Program-made: the position numbers and the translations under genes
In this document: piece by piece, positions 20,055 through 31,699 of the stretch
How the letters are laid out: each line of letters begins with the position of its first letter
Numbering within the stretch: the first letter of the stretch is position 1
The notes under the pieces: generated by a model
What the model saw: only the letters and a program-made list of their open reading frames with translations
Database searches by the model: none
Told to the model about the DNA's origin: nothing
Source of the DNA: Diplonema japonicum
Lineage: Eukaryota > Protista > Euglenozoa: Diplonemea
Length of the DNA: 64,000 nucleotides
Direction: 5' to 3'
Assembly: GCA_964019335.1 (NCBI GenBank)
Contig: OZ025720.1
Coordinates: 62,001 to 126,000, forward strand

Positions 20055-21980
20055 TCACTCGGCCTTCACCTTAGTGATGGAGTACTTACCCTCGCCAAGG
20101 AAGTCAAGAGCTGTGTCGTGGTGCCCGTCAACTGTGGCATGGTGAGAGATGGAGATAAGGGTGATCCCCTGCTCCTTGGCAGCCGTGTGGAGGAGGTGGC
20201 ATCCCTTGGTGTCGACAGCGGAGGTGCCCTCGTCAATGAGTGCGAAGACGGGGTTGTGGTGCAGGAGACGTGCCCATGAAAGGCGCTGCTTCTGCCCCCC
20301 AGACAGGACAACCCTCCATTCCACACCTTCCTCGTTCACTCTGTCCATCACCTTCTCCAGACCAACCCTCTCGAGCAGCTCCACCGCCTTGTCATCGCTG
20401 AGCTCACCATGCTCGGGGTATGTGATCTGTCGCTTCAAGCTAGCCCCTGACGGGAAGTAGCAGTCCTGGGACACGGCGAAGTACTTCCCCTGCGGCATGG
20501 CCAGCTCCGCCCCTTCGCCCTTCACAGGCTTCCACAGCCCGCACAGTGTTCTGAACAAGCTCGTCTTCCCGATCCCGTTAGGGCCCCTCACTACAGTGTG
20601 CTCGCCCTTCGCCACGTCGAGGTTCAGCTCCGACACCAGCGGGCCCATCTGCTCCCCGTCACGCGACGGTGGGATGATGGTGATGTTCTTCAAATGCACA
20701 TCATCCGCGTTCGGCACCGGAGACGGGAGGTCCTTGCACTCCCGAATGGCATCCGTGAGCCCTGTGATCCTGGTAGCAAGCCCCTGCACCTTGGTGACGT
20801 CCACGAGAGCGTCGACAAGGTCCTTGATCTCCGTGGCGAGGGTCTGCAGGAGGGTTGAGTTCGAGAGGTAGGTGGAGGTGATTGCGGTGCTGGAAGCCTT
20901 CGGGTCGCCAAGGAAAATGGCGGGGATGAGCACGCTGAACCCGCACATGGCACCCCCGTACTTCAGGACGTACGTATTGAGCACGTCGACAATAGCGTAG
21001 GAGTACGCAGTCCCCATCTGGTGGCTGCTGATCTCTTTGTACCGCTTCGCAAGCGCCGTCTTCTCCGTCGCTGTGCCGCCCTGGATGGCGACCTGCTCCC
21101 TGTAATTATGGAGCTGCTCGTGATGCGAACGCAGGCGGGCTTCGAGGGACTGCTTGTCGGCAGCAATGTCCTTAAGAGACTTGGGGAGTGCGCCGTGGAC
21201 ACCCTGCAGCATCTTCTGCGACACGACGAAGAAAGACAAGAAAGCGAGAAGAGAGCGGATCCCAATTCGGTTGGCTATGACATATGACAGGTGGAGGACG
21301 TCAATAGACGGCTTAAGGATGTGCCCTGTAGTTTTCACAGCCACGGTACAGAAGTCTTCAAGGTCAGTTGTGAGCCGTGCAGGGGTGTCAGGGACGGCAG
21401 GGGCCATGTGGTAATACATCTTCTGGTTGTCTAAGTACTTGTCAAGAAGGTGGTTGTAGAGGATCTCACGGGCGGACATGGTGACTCTCTTTTCTAAGAA
21501 CTTCATGAGAGCAGTGGCACCAGCACCGAACATAAACCACAAGCCAAGGATGCCCTGGCCGATGAACATTTGCTCCCAGTTTCTCGCACCCATGTATGAC
21601 CCCAGCCTACCGCCTTGATCAGCTAGCTCCACTGTAATCAAGATTCGTGTACAGAGGGTGATGACATAAGCTAGCATGAACCCTCCGTGCTTTGTAAAGG
21701 TGTGTTTCTTCAGAATATTGACGAGTTCTCTCAGTGCCGTCTTCCCTGCGGTGGTGCGGGGTTTTGCCTTGCCGGATTTCTTAGCCGCCTCCTTGGCGGT
21801 TTGCCGCTTCCTTCTATTCATCACAGGGAGGATCCCCAGCGACAGCACGACGAAGCTGGTCCAGATGGTTATCAAAACCCTTCCTTTGGGCTTCGATACG
21901 ATGACCTTTGTGAAGATTTCAATTAGCTGCATCCACGAGGTGCCGGTCTTGGGGATGTTCATCTTGCTTAACGTTGTCAT
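20055..21980 (-). CDS. Peroxisomal ABC half-transporter, subfamily D
   Basis: Walker A GPNGIGKTS, LSGGQKQRL signature, LIDEGTSAVD, LISISH; N-terminal TM domain. Start MTTLSK follows an A-tract. Confidence 0.92.
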   Translation of the reverse strand: MTTLSKMNIPKTGTSWMQLIEIFTKVIVSKPKGRVLITIWTSFVVLSLGILPVMNRRKRQTAKEAAKKSGKAKPRTTAGKTALRELVNILKKHTFTKHGGFMLAYVITLCTRILITVELADQGGRLGSYMGARNWEQMFIGQGILGLWFMFGAGATALMKFLEKRVTMSAREILYNHLLDKYLDNQKMYYHMAPAVPDTPARLTTDLEDFCTVAVKTTGHILKPSIDVLHLSYVIANRIGIRSLLAFLSFFVVSQKMLQGVHGALPKSLKDIAADKQSLEARLRSHHEQLHNYREQVAIQGGTATEKTALAKRYKEISSHQMGTAYSYAIVDVLNTYVLKYGGAMCGFSVLIPAIFLGDPKASSTAITSTYLSNSTLLQTLATEIKDLVDALVDVTKVQGLATRITGLTDAIRECKDLPSPVPNADDVHLKNITIIPPSRDGEQMGPLVSELNLDVAKGEHTVVRGPNGIGKTSLFRTLCGLWKPVKGEGAELAMPQGKYFAVSQDCYFPSGASLKRQITYPEHGELSDDKAVELLERVGLEKVMDRVNEEGVEWRVVLSGGQKQRLSWARLLHHNPVFALIDEGTSAVDTKGCHLLHTAAKEQGITLISISHHATVDGHHDTALDFLGEGKYSITKVKAE

Positions 21981-22211
21981 TTTTTTTTTTTTTTTTTTTC
22001 CTGGGAGAAAATTTTGGGAGGGTGAAAAAAAGGGGGGGGGGGGAAACAAGAAAAATTGTAATATGAAGAAAAAAAAGACGAGGTAAGAAAAAAAGAAGAA
22101 AAAAAAAAAAAAAAAAAGAAGAAAGAAAGAGGAAACTGGCACTTTTATTCGTTGCGTTCGCCTGGTTGGGAAGCCTATATAACCCGCCTTGCTAGGCACC
22201 GTTCCCCCTTT

Positions 22212-22487
22212 TTTGTTTAGACAAGTTAAAAAGAGTTCTTGCAAGAACAAAAAAACAGAAAAATGTCCTTCTTTTTTTTTTTTTTTTTTTTTCCTCCTTC
22301 TTTTTTTTTTAAACATGCTTTAATCTTGACAGATATGTGTCTCTTGAACGAACCTGCAAGGTCATGTGACCTAGGTACTGCAGGGGGGCGGTTGCTCCAT
22401 TGGTCCCTCGGTCTGCTGAACCCTATTAGTTTCATTAGCAGCTAAAAACCTTTGTTTAGACAAGTTAATGAGTTCTTGCAAGAACAA
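22212..22487. repeat. ~38-bp direct repeat (22212-22250 / 22451-22487) enclosing a palindromic core
   Basis: TTTGTTTAGACAAGTTAA..GAGTTCTTGCAAGAACAA occurs twice. Confidence 0.8.
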
Positions 22488-24414
22488 GAGAAGGAGAAGA
22501 AAACAAGAAGAAGAAAAAGAGAAAAAAAAGCAAGCTAAACAAAAAAAAAAAAGTACTATAAAAAAAAAACACCTGATGCAAAAAAAAAAAAATAATTGAA
22601 ACCATCCTCCCCCCCTACCCCCTTTTTTTTTACCCCCACCTCTTTTTTTTTTTTCTCTTTTTCTCTCACCCTCTAGCTTACAAACTGAAGAAATAGAAAA
22701 AGGGAGGTGGTATTTTTTTTTTTTTTCTTTCTTTTTTTTTTTTTCTTTTTTTTTTTTTTTTACATCGAGAAGGAAAAGAGAGAAAAAAAAAAAAAAAAAA
22801 CCACAGCCTACATATTTCTTTTTTCTCTTTTTGTTCTTCTGTCATCTTTTCCCCTCTTTTTTTTTTTCCTTTCTTGCTCCTTCCAGCAAATTATTTTTAA
22901 CATTATCTTGTTACTGACCGTGCTTAGACTCAAGAACTGGAACGGGGGAAAAATAACCGGAAACGGATAAAAATAGAGATGGATTTTTATAAATTTCTTT
23001 TCTTTGGTTCTTTAAAATCTTAAAGCAACCAGGGAAATTTCTTTGGACATCGTGTTCCTTTATTAAGTCCTATTTGCGGTATCTTCTTAACCTCTCATCT
23101 GTTTTTCGTTTTCTTTTCTTCTTCCCCCCTTTTTTTTTTCTTCTTTTTTTTCTTTTCAGGCAGCATTTAGAAAGGAAATAAAGAAAAGGAAGGTGAGAAG
23201 GGGGACAGGGGCCGACACTTAAAAAAAAAAAAAAAAGCGATTTAGTGGCACTTTGAAGAAAAAAAAAAGTGGCCAAATAAAAGGAAAAAGAAAAAGAAAA
23301 AGAAAGATAAGCTTTAAAAAAAAGTAAAAAGGGAAACAGGGGTGGGGGGAAGTAAAAGATATTTGTCATGCTGTCAAGCACGGTTTTCCTGGTTTTTTTT
23401 TTTTTTTTTTTCCCTAAAAAAGAAAATTTGAAAAAAAAGAAAAAGAAAGAAAAATACAGTTATTCCGGGGGGGGAAATCTTTTCTTTTTTTTTTTTTTTT
23501 ACCGGATAACCCATGTTACATGTGTTACTTAGTCCCAGCACCTTCAAGTGCACACAGCAAACTATTAAGGCCTCAATACACGCAGCGCAAAATAAAGGGA
23601 GGGGGAGAAAAAAAAATCTTTTTTTCGTTCTGTCTCAAAAACTTTTTTTTTTCGCAATTGAGACTACAGCGCCAACACAACAAAAAGGGAGGCAAGGGGT
23701 AATAGGTGGCTAGGTGTAGCATAGAAAGGGCGAAAAGTTATTCACGGTGACTATGGTCAGAATAACATTCTCACAGAATGTTTGAAACCCTGAGTGCTTT
23801 ATAAGACGGATGAAAGCCCATGAGAGGGAGACCGGGGCGCTTGTAGCTCTTCCTCTGCACCACCTACAACCCCCCATTTATTTATTCTTGTCACGTATAG
23901 ACCTGACTGGTGGACGCAGAAAAATGGGTGGTTTTTTTTTCCCTTCTTTTTTTTCTTTTTTTCTTTTTTTTTTTTGTAACCTGCTGCCCCTAAAAAGGGT
24001 GCAAATTCTTTTTTTTTTTTAAATTCAATTCACGAAAGACGGGGAGGGGGGGGGGGGGGGTACGAAAATTGCACAGAGCCAAAAGAGGGGGTGGGGAAGA
24101 AACAGGAACCTGTTCGAAGGGGTTATTCAAGCAAGCTTTAAGCATTTTCTTTTTTTTTTAAATTAATTTCTCATTTGAAGAATCGCTTGCCGGTAAGTAG
24201 TTACGGTCAACAATCTTCTTTTGAAATAAAGGTACTTTTGCTTGCATATGTAGCCTACTTGTCTTCCTTTTTTTCTTTTTTCCTCTTTTCTCTTTTTCTC
24301 TGTCCATTTCACTTAAAAACATGTACACAAAAACCTTTTTTTTTTTTTCTTCTTTACGGCCCGCGCTCACGTCACTACTAAAAGTGGTGATTAAAGCTTA
24401 GGACGGACACTTAC

Positions 24415-24447
<33 letters not shown>

Positions 24448-24464
24448 CTTTTTTTTTTTTTTTT

Positions 24465-25118
24465 CATAGTATCCAGGGTTAACCGATCACCCGCGGGTTT
24501 TTAATTACAATCGGGTTTTAAATTGACGTCAAATGAAAGGCGAGCATGCAACCATGCTTAAAACCCTTATATTCGTATCCCGGGCCCCCCAGATACACAA
24601 AGCCGGCCCCAGGGAGCATCAAAACGACTTAGAAAAGGATTATTTTCTCGAAAAGCTGTTTTTTCGCTTTTTTTGACGGGTTTTTAATTAAAAGCGAAAA
24701 AACAAAAAAAATCGAAAATCAAAAATTAAAACAGGAGGAGAGCATGCAATCATGCTTAAAACCCTTCGTTTCATCCCCCGGCCCCCCAGATACACAAAGC
24801 CGACCCCAGGGAGCATCAAAATGACATTTGAGTTTTAATGGCTGGAATGGGCTCAGATCGTCAAAATAGGGTTTTTAGAAAAAAGAATTTTTGAGCATGG
24901 TCTTGGTATTTTTTGCCAGAAATATGGGTTTTGGATCGATCAAACCGATCCGAAATTAGAAAAAAACCGATCAAACCGATCCGAAATTAAAAAAAAACCG
25001 ATCAAACCGATCCGAAATTAGAAAAAAACCGATCATAAACCCGACTGTGATCGAAAATCTAAAATTGCTCGGTCGGGTTTCAAAACCCGAAGGTGATCGG
25101 TTAACCCTGGACACTATG
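24465..25118. mobile_element. MITE-like element with ~27-bp terminal inverted repeats
   Basis: CATAGTATCCAGGGTTAACCGATCACC ... GGTGATCGGTTAACCCTGGACACTATG (1 mismatch); T-runs on both sides; internal ~85-bp direct repeat and three ~31-bp tandem units. Confidence 0.85.
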
Positions 25119-25918
25119 TTTTTTTAAATAGAAAACTTATGAACTCCCCCCCACCCACCCACTTTTTTCTCATAAATAAGACACAGAAGAAAACTGTGGA
25201 CCCAGAAGAAAAAAGAGAAAAAAAAAAAACAAAACCTTTTTTGAATTCCCGCCATTTTCATCACCTGAGGCCGCTCCAGCTTAATAGTGGTAAAAAGGAG
25301 CTTTACTTCCCCTTTTAGTGCCTTGACTTGGAATGTCGTAAAACACAAATGACGAAAAGGGTGAACAAAAAACATATTTACCACCAAATGAGCCATTATC
25401 TGTGGGGTGAGTACTGAGGTTTCCCCCCCCCCCCCCCTTTCTCTCTTTCTCTTTTTTTTTTTTTTTTTTTTACTTATTCACTTAATTTACTACAACAAGC
25501 TCTCTACTGAAAAAAGTCTCTTTCTTTTTTTTCCTTTTTTTTCTTACCTTCACAGGGAAGGCCCTCCTATGAGCTAGTAAACAGCACCCTGAGATGAAAA
25601 TTCTTTTTTTTTCTTCTCTTTTTTTTTTTTTAATCTTCCTCTTCATTTTTTTGGGGACCAGGGGGGCTATTCTTGTTGTAAAAAACCTTGTGACTTTTAC
25701 CTGGGGGGGGGGGGGAGAGAGAAGGCGTGAGAAAATCTATTGGGGTCGATTTAACCTTCTTTCTTTCTTGTTTCCTCTCTTTTCTTTTTTTTCTTTTTTC
25801 TTGCGTATCGGTAGTAGACAAAAACTCAATACATGTAGAGAGTCAATAAATGGCAAAAAAAAAAAAAAAAAAAAAGAAGCGATGTTGATGGGGAAGTGCT
25901 AGCTATGTTCCATCGAGG

Positions 25919-25950
<32 letters not shown>

Positions 25951-26227
25951 GGGAAAAAAAAAAATATAGGAGAGAAAGCAAAAGTGGATGCCGGTAAACG
26001 TTAAAAAAAAAAGGAACTTATCAAAAGAAAAAAAAAAGTAAATTAAAAAAATGAAAAAGAAACCAATCGCGCTTTTTTGCCTTTTTTTTTTCTTTTCTTC
26101 TTTTTCTTTTCCCTTCTTTTCTTACAATGCCGACTCTATACCACACTTGGAAAAAAGAAAGTAGTTCGGCAAGAGAAATACGGTGCATTAAAGTTTTCTT
26201 TTTATAAAAAAAATGTTTTCTTTTATG

Positions 26228-26260
<33 letters not shown>

Positions 26261-26336
26261 CTTTTGCCCCAGCCGAAATTTTTCTTCTTCATCCCCCACC
26301 CCAGTGCAGCAACCAAAAAAAAAAAAAAAAAAAGAA

Positions 26337-26640
26337 AGAGACCACTTAAGGGTGCCTGCAGTCTACTTGATTACAGGGGGCGCACCTCGGCCTAGCTGTA
26401 GCTGCTTCTGCGTTCCGCGTCGTGTCCTTGGGCGTGGTGTGCAACTCAACCCCAGCCGGGGCGCCCCCTGGTAACCAAGATTCTGAGCCCGTGCAGTTTG
26501 CTGCTTGTTCGTCACCCTGAGCATCTGCAATGCGTTCTTCACTCGGGCACCGATGATGACCGACGTGGAGGTCAACAGCGAACAACACATCTGATGTACT
26601 TTTTTATATTTCCATATTTCTGTGGTATATCAACCACCCG
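26337..26640. repeat. Interspersed repeat shared with 62475-62635; one end shared with 18171-18220, 34951-34992 and 46914-46954
   Basis: GATGACCGACG.GGAGGTCAACAGCGAACAACACATCTGATGTACTT is in both long copies; the end motif GAGAC...TTAAGGGT.CCTGC recurs. Confidence 0.8.
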
Positions 26641-26831
26641 AAAAAAGAAAATCTCTTTTCCTCCCCCCCCCCCCCCCCCTTCCCTCCCCTTGTTCCCCAT
26701 AAAATATATATTTTTCCCCCTTTTATTCTAAACCCATAAATTACTGAGGGAAAGAAGAAAAAAAAGAAACTTACATATACTGCTGCTGAAACCCTCGGGT
26801 GCCCTGCGAGCGATTCATATAGTTTGTGCCG

Positions 26832-27640
26832 TTACCATTGCTATAAGGAGTGTGGCTCTGTCATTTTTTTTTTTCTTTTTTTTTTTCCCTCTTTTACAAA
26901 ACACACTTGCTGGTATCCATTATTTTCCTGCACTCCAAAACCATATTGGAGGAACTGCTGCTGATGCTGGGAATCATACTGCATTTGGTGTTGGTGGTGC
27001 TGGTGGTGGTGTTGGTGTTGATGCTGGTGGTGTTGGTGCATTTGCTGCTGACCACCAACATGCGAGTTCTGCTGTTGTTGTTGAGGCATCATGCCTCCGG
27101 GACCTTGCCTCCGGGTAACCTCGGCCTCACATTCCTTTATGGCCGCCACCAAGAAAGGGTACCTGTGCCTTGCAGGGTCTAGGACACCCCCACCGTGCCT
27201 GTCGCAGAACTCCTGCCACAGCTCCTTGTAGGGAGGCGAGCTTCGCTGCTGCATTTTGATGTAGTTAACTAGGTGCTCGACTTGCCCTGGATCGGTCTTC
27301 TGGTCACCACCGATCCGGCATGTCCGTGGCTGAAGGGCACCTAGGACGTTGATCGCTTTGGGCTTGCCCTCCGCAAGAGTCACGTCGTACTGAACCTGTG
27401 GAGGGGGGGTGTTGTTTCTTTTTTTTTTTTTTTTTGACTCTATACCTTTCCTCCTTCCATCAATTCCTGCCCCGACAAATCCGTGTGGTGTGCGAACACA
27501 TCCACCCCGTCAGGACCCGTGATGAACCCGAAACCCTTCTCATTGTACCTTTTTTTTTTTTTTTTTTTTTTTTTTGTTTTGTTTTTGTTTTTAAAAAACT
27601 TTCAAACATACCACTTTTTCACTGTTCCAAAATATGCCAT
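26832..27640 (-). CDS. Cold-shock domain RNA-binding protein with Q/H-rich tail; 3 introns (27549-27611, 27396-27445, ~26841-26907)
   Basis: Spliced N-terminus MAYFGTVKKWYNEKGFGFITGPDGVDVFAHHTDL...VQYDVTLAEGKPKAINV (RNP1/RNP2). The ORF track misses this. Confidence 0.88.
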
Positions 27641-28182
27641 AATACTATTCTTTTTTTTTTTTTGCTATGCAATGTGTATTGTCGCCCGGTTATCGTGTTA
27701 GGGGGGGGGGGGGGGGGAGGGGTGTGTGTGATAGCTACTGTTCTTTTTTATATTTCCTGTGAGGAGTTATGTAAGGGGGGGGGGGGGACATTTTTTGCAT
27801 CAAAAAAAAGAAGAAAATATACCGAATGGAATCAGGAGGAATCTTTCTTTTTCTTTTTTTTTTTTTAAAAGAGACGTTTCTGTAGTCTCACAAAATATAA
27901 ACTAATGACGTGTGTCTTCATTCTTTTTTTTTTTTTTTTCTAAATCTTCTTCTTGTACTTCAACCTTCAAGAAGGAGGACAAAAAAAAAAAAAAAAGCTT
28001 CAATGGCAAAAGAAGTCATCGGTCTTAGTTGAAACAAATATCTCTGTTTTACATTTGGAATTAACAGGAAAAAAAAAGGGGGGGGAAAAATGAGAATGGC
28101 CGTTGTTTGTACGTGCCTGGGTAAAACCTAAAGTTTTATAAACCCGTAAACACAAGTCAAAGACCCGTTTTTTTTTTTTTTT

Positions 28183-28499
28183 ATTTCACTCTTCGTCATT
28201 TTCTTCGCTCACTAGGGGCCTCATAATTTAACGCGAAATGGCCATAATTTAACTAGTGCTTTACTTTTCCCCTTAAAATGGCGAAATAGCAACCCCAAAA
28301 AGGCCGACCTGCGTGAAAAAACAGCAGTGAAAGCAGTGAAGAGTGAGTGACTCAAATGACGAAAAGTGAAATAAAACGACTTACTTGCCGCCAAATGAGC
28401 CATTATTTAACACTCGTTACCGTTTTTTTTTGAAAAAGTTTAAAAAATTCGGGAACTCGAGTTAAATAATGACTCATTATTTGTTGGCAATAAATAGCT
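28183..28499. mobile_element. Helentron-like non-autonomous element, copy A
   Basis: Terminal ATTTCACTCTTCGTCATTT pairs with subterminal AAATGACGAAAAGTGAAAT (~28354-28372); a hairpin follows (28386-28490); T-run flanks. Confidence 0.7.
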
Positions 28500-28501
28500 T
28501 T

Positions 28502-28532
<31 letters not shown>

Positions 28533-28880
28533 GCAAAGGAAAAAAGAGAGAAAAAAAAACAAAGAAAACAGAAAAAAAACCACCTTTTGGCTGTGGGAGG
28601 ATCGAAGAGGGGTTTCTTTTCCATCAAATAAAAAAAAAAAAAAAAAAAGAGTGGGCTGATTGTTTGTTGTGCACAGCCGGGAGTAACCAGTAGAAGGATA
28701 AGCCCATCAATGCCACCACTACTCTTTTTAGCACTAACAATTCACTATCAATATATCGTTTTTCTTGTTGAATTTTCAATGTTCATGCAAAAAAAAAAAA
28801 GAAAAAAAAGAAAAAAAAAAAGAAACACGTGTGGAGGCTGATGATGAAAGAAGACTACCTAGATATTATATATATATATA

Positions 28881-30644
28881 ATGAGCTCGTCCGGAAAAAA
28901 AAGTCAACAAATGACCCTCCCATGCGGCGTAAAACCCGTTAAATTTCTAAGTAAAAAAGTAGCCCGACACCACTTTGTGTGCAGAAATGCAGTCTAAGCT
29001 TGAACACCATATAGGTCAAAATGCTCGCCGTTTGTTTTATTTTTAAAACGCACGTGCAAAAACATGTTTTTTATATATGAGTTAAAGGAAGTCTTTGTGA
29101 GACGCCCCCTTGTTCTCATCTTCTACCTGCACCTATCCCCTTTCAGCAGCGGGTTCTCCTCCTTTGGTGGTCTTGCCGGCCTTCTCCCCAGCCTGGCCGC
29201 TCTTTCTCTTCGTTCTCTCGCCCATTGTCCTTTCAATGCCTCTAGGTCATGCTTGGTCTTCGGTGATGCAAATATCGCCCTCCTGTTCCATCCGATCACC
29301 GCCTTTGTCCTCCCGATGGATCGTAGTGTGTGCACCCTTGTGCTCGGCTCAGCTGGGAAGGCCCTCCTTCCTTTCACCTTCTTCAGTACCCTCCCTAGCT
29401 CCCATGTGTGCCAGATCTTCTTCATCAGTCCATGCAATCTCCTCGCTTTCTGCTGTACTTCTGCGAGATCCCCCAGCTTCCCTCCAAGGGTCTTCCCGGT
29501 CACGTTCTCGAAATCCAGTGCCAGCTCCACCGTCGACACTGACGTGTTTCTGCTGCCTGCATACCAGCGCAGTTGCCGCATCCACCTCAGCACCTCCTTC
29601 GTGTACTCCCGTAGGACATCCCCTGCCGGTAGCTTGCCGAAGTCCTTGTCCGACGGTACTGGGTGTTCTTGACCTTGTGTGATCTCCAGCCACTGGTGTG
29701 TGTGGTACACCTCCTGCCTCTTCGCTTGTAGGGCTGCGTCCCGCTCCCCCACCACCGCCAGCAGGTACCTCTGCGTTCCTTCGAGCCTTTCCCTGACATC
29801 CTTCCCTGCTCCCCTTGGCAGGATGCCTTTTTTAGAATGGTTTTTGGCAAACGATTCAATTTGGAAGCTACAAATAACCCAGACTCCATTTTCGTTTTTC
29901 CGTGAAAAGTGACAGGAGGAACGGACGCAGACTGAAAATCTGTGAAACCTTTGGGGTCATTTTGGGTCTAAATCACTATTAAAATGGGGTGGGGAGAACT
30001 TACCCTTACAGTGCCATTTTGGCCTATTTAAGGCTAAAATCCCTTTAAAACCCCTTAAAAAAGCAAAATTTTCACTTTTAAAGGATTATGAGTGCAAAAG
30101 AAAAGGAAAAACCTCAGCAGATGGGTTGAGAATGAAAGTTTGACGATACCAATGTCGAAGCTCTGCATGAGCAGGCAAGTGTTAAGAATTGGTTTTTCTG
30201 AAAAAGGCCATCCCTTAGGAACCCCTTGAAAAAGCCAAAAAATAGGTGTAAAAAACCGGATTTTCGGGGGCTATGCGGTGCCATATATTTTTCGCTAAGT
30301 ACTTTTAACAGTAACCCGACCCTGGGTTGTACCCAGGGGTCACAAGTGCGCTTGAACACCAATTTTATGCACCCTAGATGCTGCATTTTAAGCAATGAAA
30401 TTGCATTTTAAACATTTTTCGCCGTTTTTTTGACCTCTATTTTTCGCTTCCCGGGGGCAGCCGGTTGCAAAGCCTGCCACCCTCATGGCAAAACAAGCAT
30501 CGCAATTGAAAGAACGGCAACAGGTACACCATATATGTCATCTTCCTATGGTTGCATGCTGCCCTTTTTTTGCTCAATAATCAAAACAAGAAATTTTCGG
30601 AGGTGCCCAAAAAAGTGTTGACATTTTCGTCCGGACGAGCTCAT
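28881..30644. mobile_element. ~1.76-kb TIR element inserted in a (TA)n microsatellite
   Basis: ATGAGCTCGTCCGGAAAAAAAAGTCAACA ... TGTTGACATTTTCGTCCGGACGAGCTCAT, with TA repeats on both sides. Confidence 0.8.
29123..29825 (-). mobile_element. GC-rich coding fragment nested in the TIR element; probably the 3' end of a non-LTR retrotransposon ORF
   Basis: 5'-truncated ORF with WMRQLRW...VSTVELALDFENVTG, which I recall from the C-termini of protist LINE-like ORFs; sharp composition change at both edges. Confidence 0.45.
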
Positions 30645-30868
30645 ATATATATATATATTTTTTTTTTCTTTCGCGAAATTTATCATTCTCACTCGAAATC
30701 AAAAAATAATTCTTCATATAGGCAAAAAAAAGAGTTTTTAAAAAGCTGCGAAAGTCTTTTTTTTGTTCGGCACAAAGTTGCATATATAGTTATAAAATCA
30801 TTTTTTCTTTTTTGAAAGATTTGTAACAAAAAAAAAAAAGAAAAAAAAAAAAAGAAAAAACGCCAGGT

Positions 30869-31699
30869 TCACTGGATGCAGTAATGCATCGTGGTGGAGC
30901 AGTACCCAGTCGCACGGCTAACATAGGCGAAGCAAGCCCTTATCAGGTCTATCCTGTGCTGCGGAGGCTTCACAGTCTCAATGCAAATTTTCTCTCGAAA
31001 CTTTGAAATGGAGAGAAAGGCAGTAGGAGCGTACTGCCGCTTCATGAGATCAGCAGCATCAGTAAAGCAGGTTATCAACGACGACAAGTTCCCCGTTTCA
31101 TTCTGGGTGAGCTGGCGGGTGTTGCTGGCAGTTGCTAACATAACAATGAGAATTGCAGTGGCATAGATAATTTCACTATGTAGATCGTAGTAAGAAGAAC
31201 ACAGCTCGTTTTGATTCTCAGTGAGGAAGACCTTGCACGAAAGGTGAACCTGCAAATTCTTCATCACTTTCTCATCATGTGTAACTTCATGGAAGATCCT
31301 GACGCTTGCTAGCACACCGGATTCTTTTGTCTCCCCAAAATCACTGTTGATGTAGTAAGTCGACAGCATCAGCATTGCATAGGCCTGAAGGCGGCACCTT
31401 ACCCCCTTAACCCCTGGTAGGCCTTTCAGGGTGTCTTCTTGAAGGCGTTTGACACACTGCAGGATTGTGTTTCTATTCGCAGTTGAAGTACCTGTCCCCG
31501 TTGCCTTCTTGAACCAGTAAGCCGCGTCCTCCATGGTGGGCTCCTTGAAGATGTAGGTAGAATTGCGCTCATTTTCAAAGATCGCGACACGCATGCCAAG
31601 ACTCTCCAAGAGCGCACCCCCGTAAGGCTTGCCCTGCTTCGACGGCTTTTCCAGGCACATCTTGCCCATGGTGCTTATTATGGCGTTGCTGAGTTCCAT
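30869..31699 (-). CDS. Hypothetical protein (276 aa)
   Basis: Intronless complex ORF on the coding strand, A-tract before the ATG; no motif recognised. Confidence 0.65.
   Translation of the reverse strand: MELSNAIISTMGKMCLEKPSKQGKPYGGALLESLGMRVAIFENERNSTYIFKEPTMEDAAYWFKKATGTGTSTANRNTILQCVKRLQEDTLKGLPGVKGVRCRLQAYAMLMLSTYYINSDFGETKESGVLASVRIFHEVTHDEKVMKNLQVHLSCKVFLTENQNELCSSYYDLHSEIIYATAILIVMLATASNTRQLTQNETGNLSSLITCFTDAADLMKRQYAPTAFLSISKFREKICIETVKPPQHRIDLIRACFAYVSRATGYCSTTMHYCIQ

Noticed and set aside
24938-25034. CRISPR-like repeat array
   Set aside because: Tandem units without unique spacers, inside a MITE, in a eukaryote.
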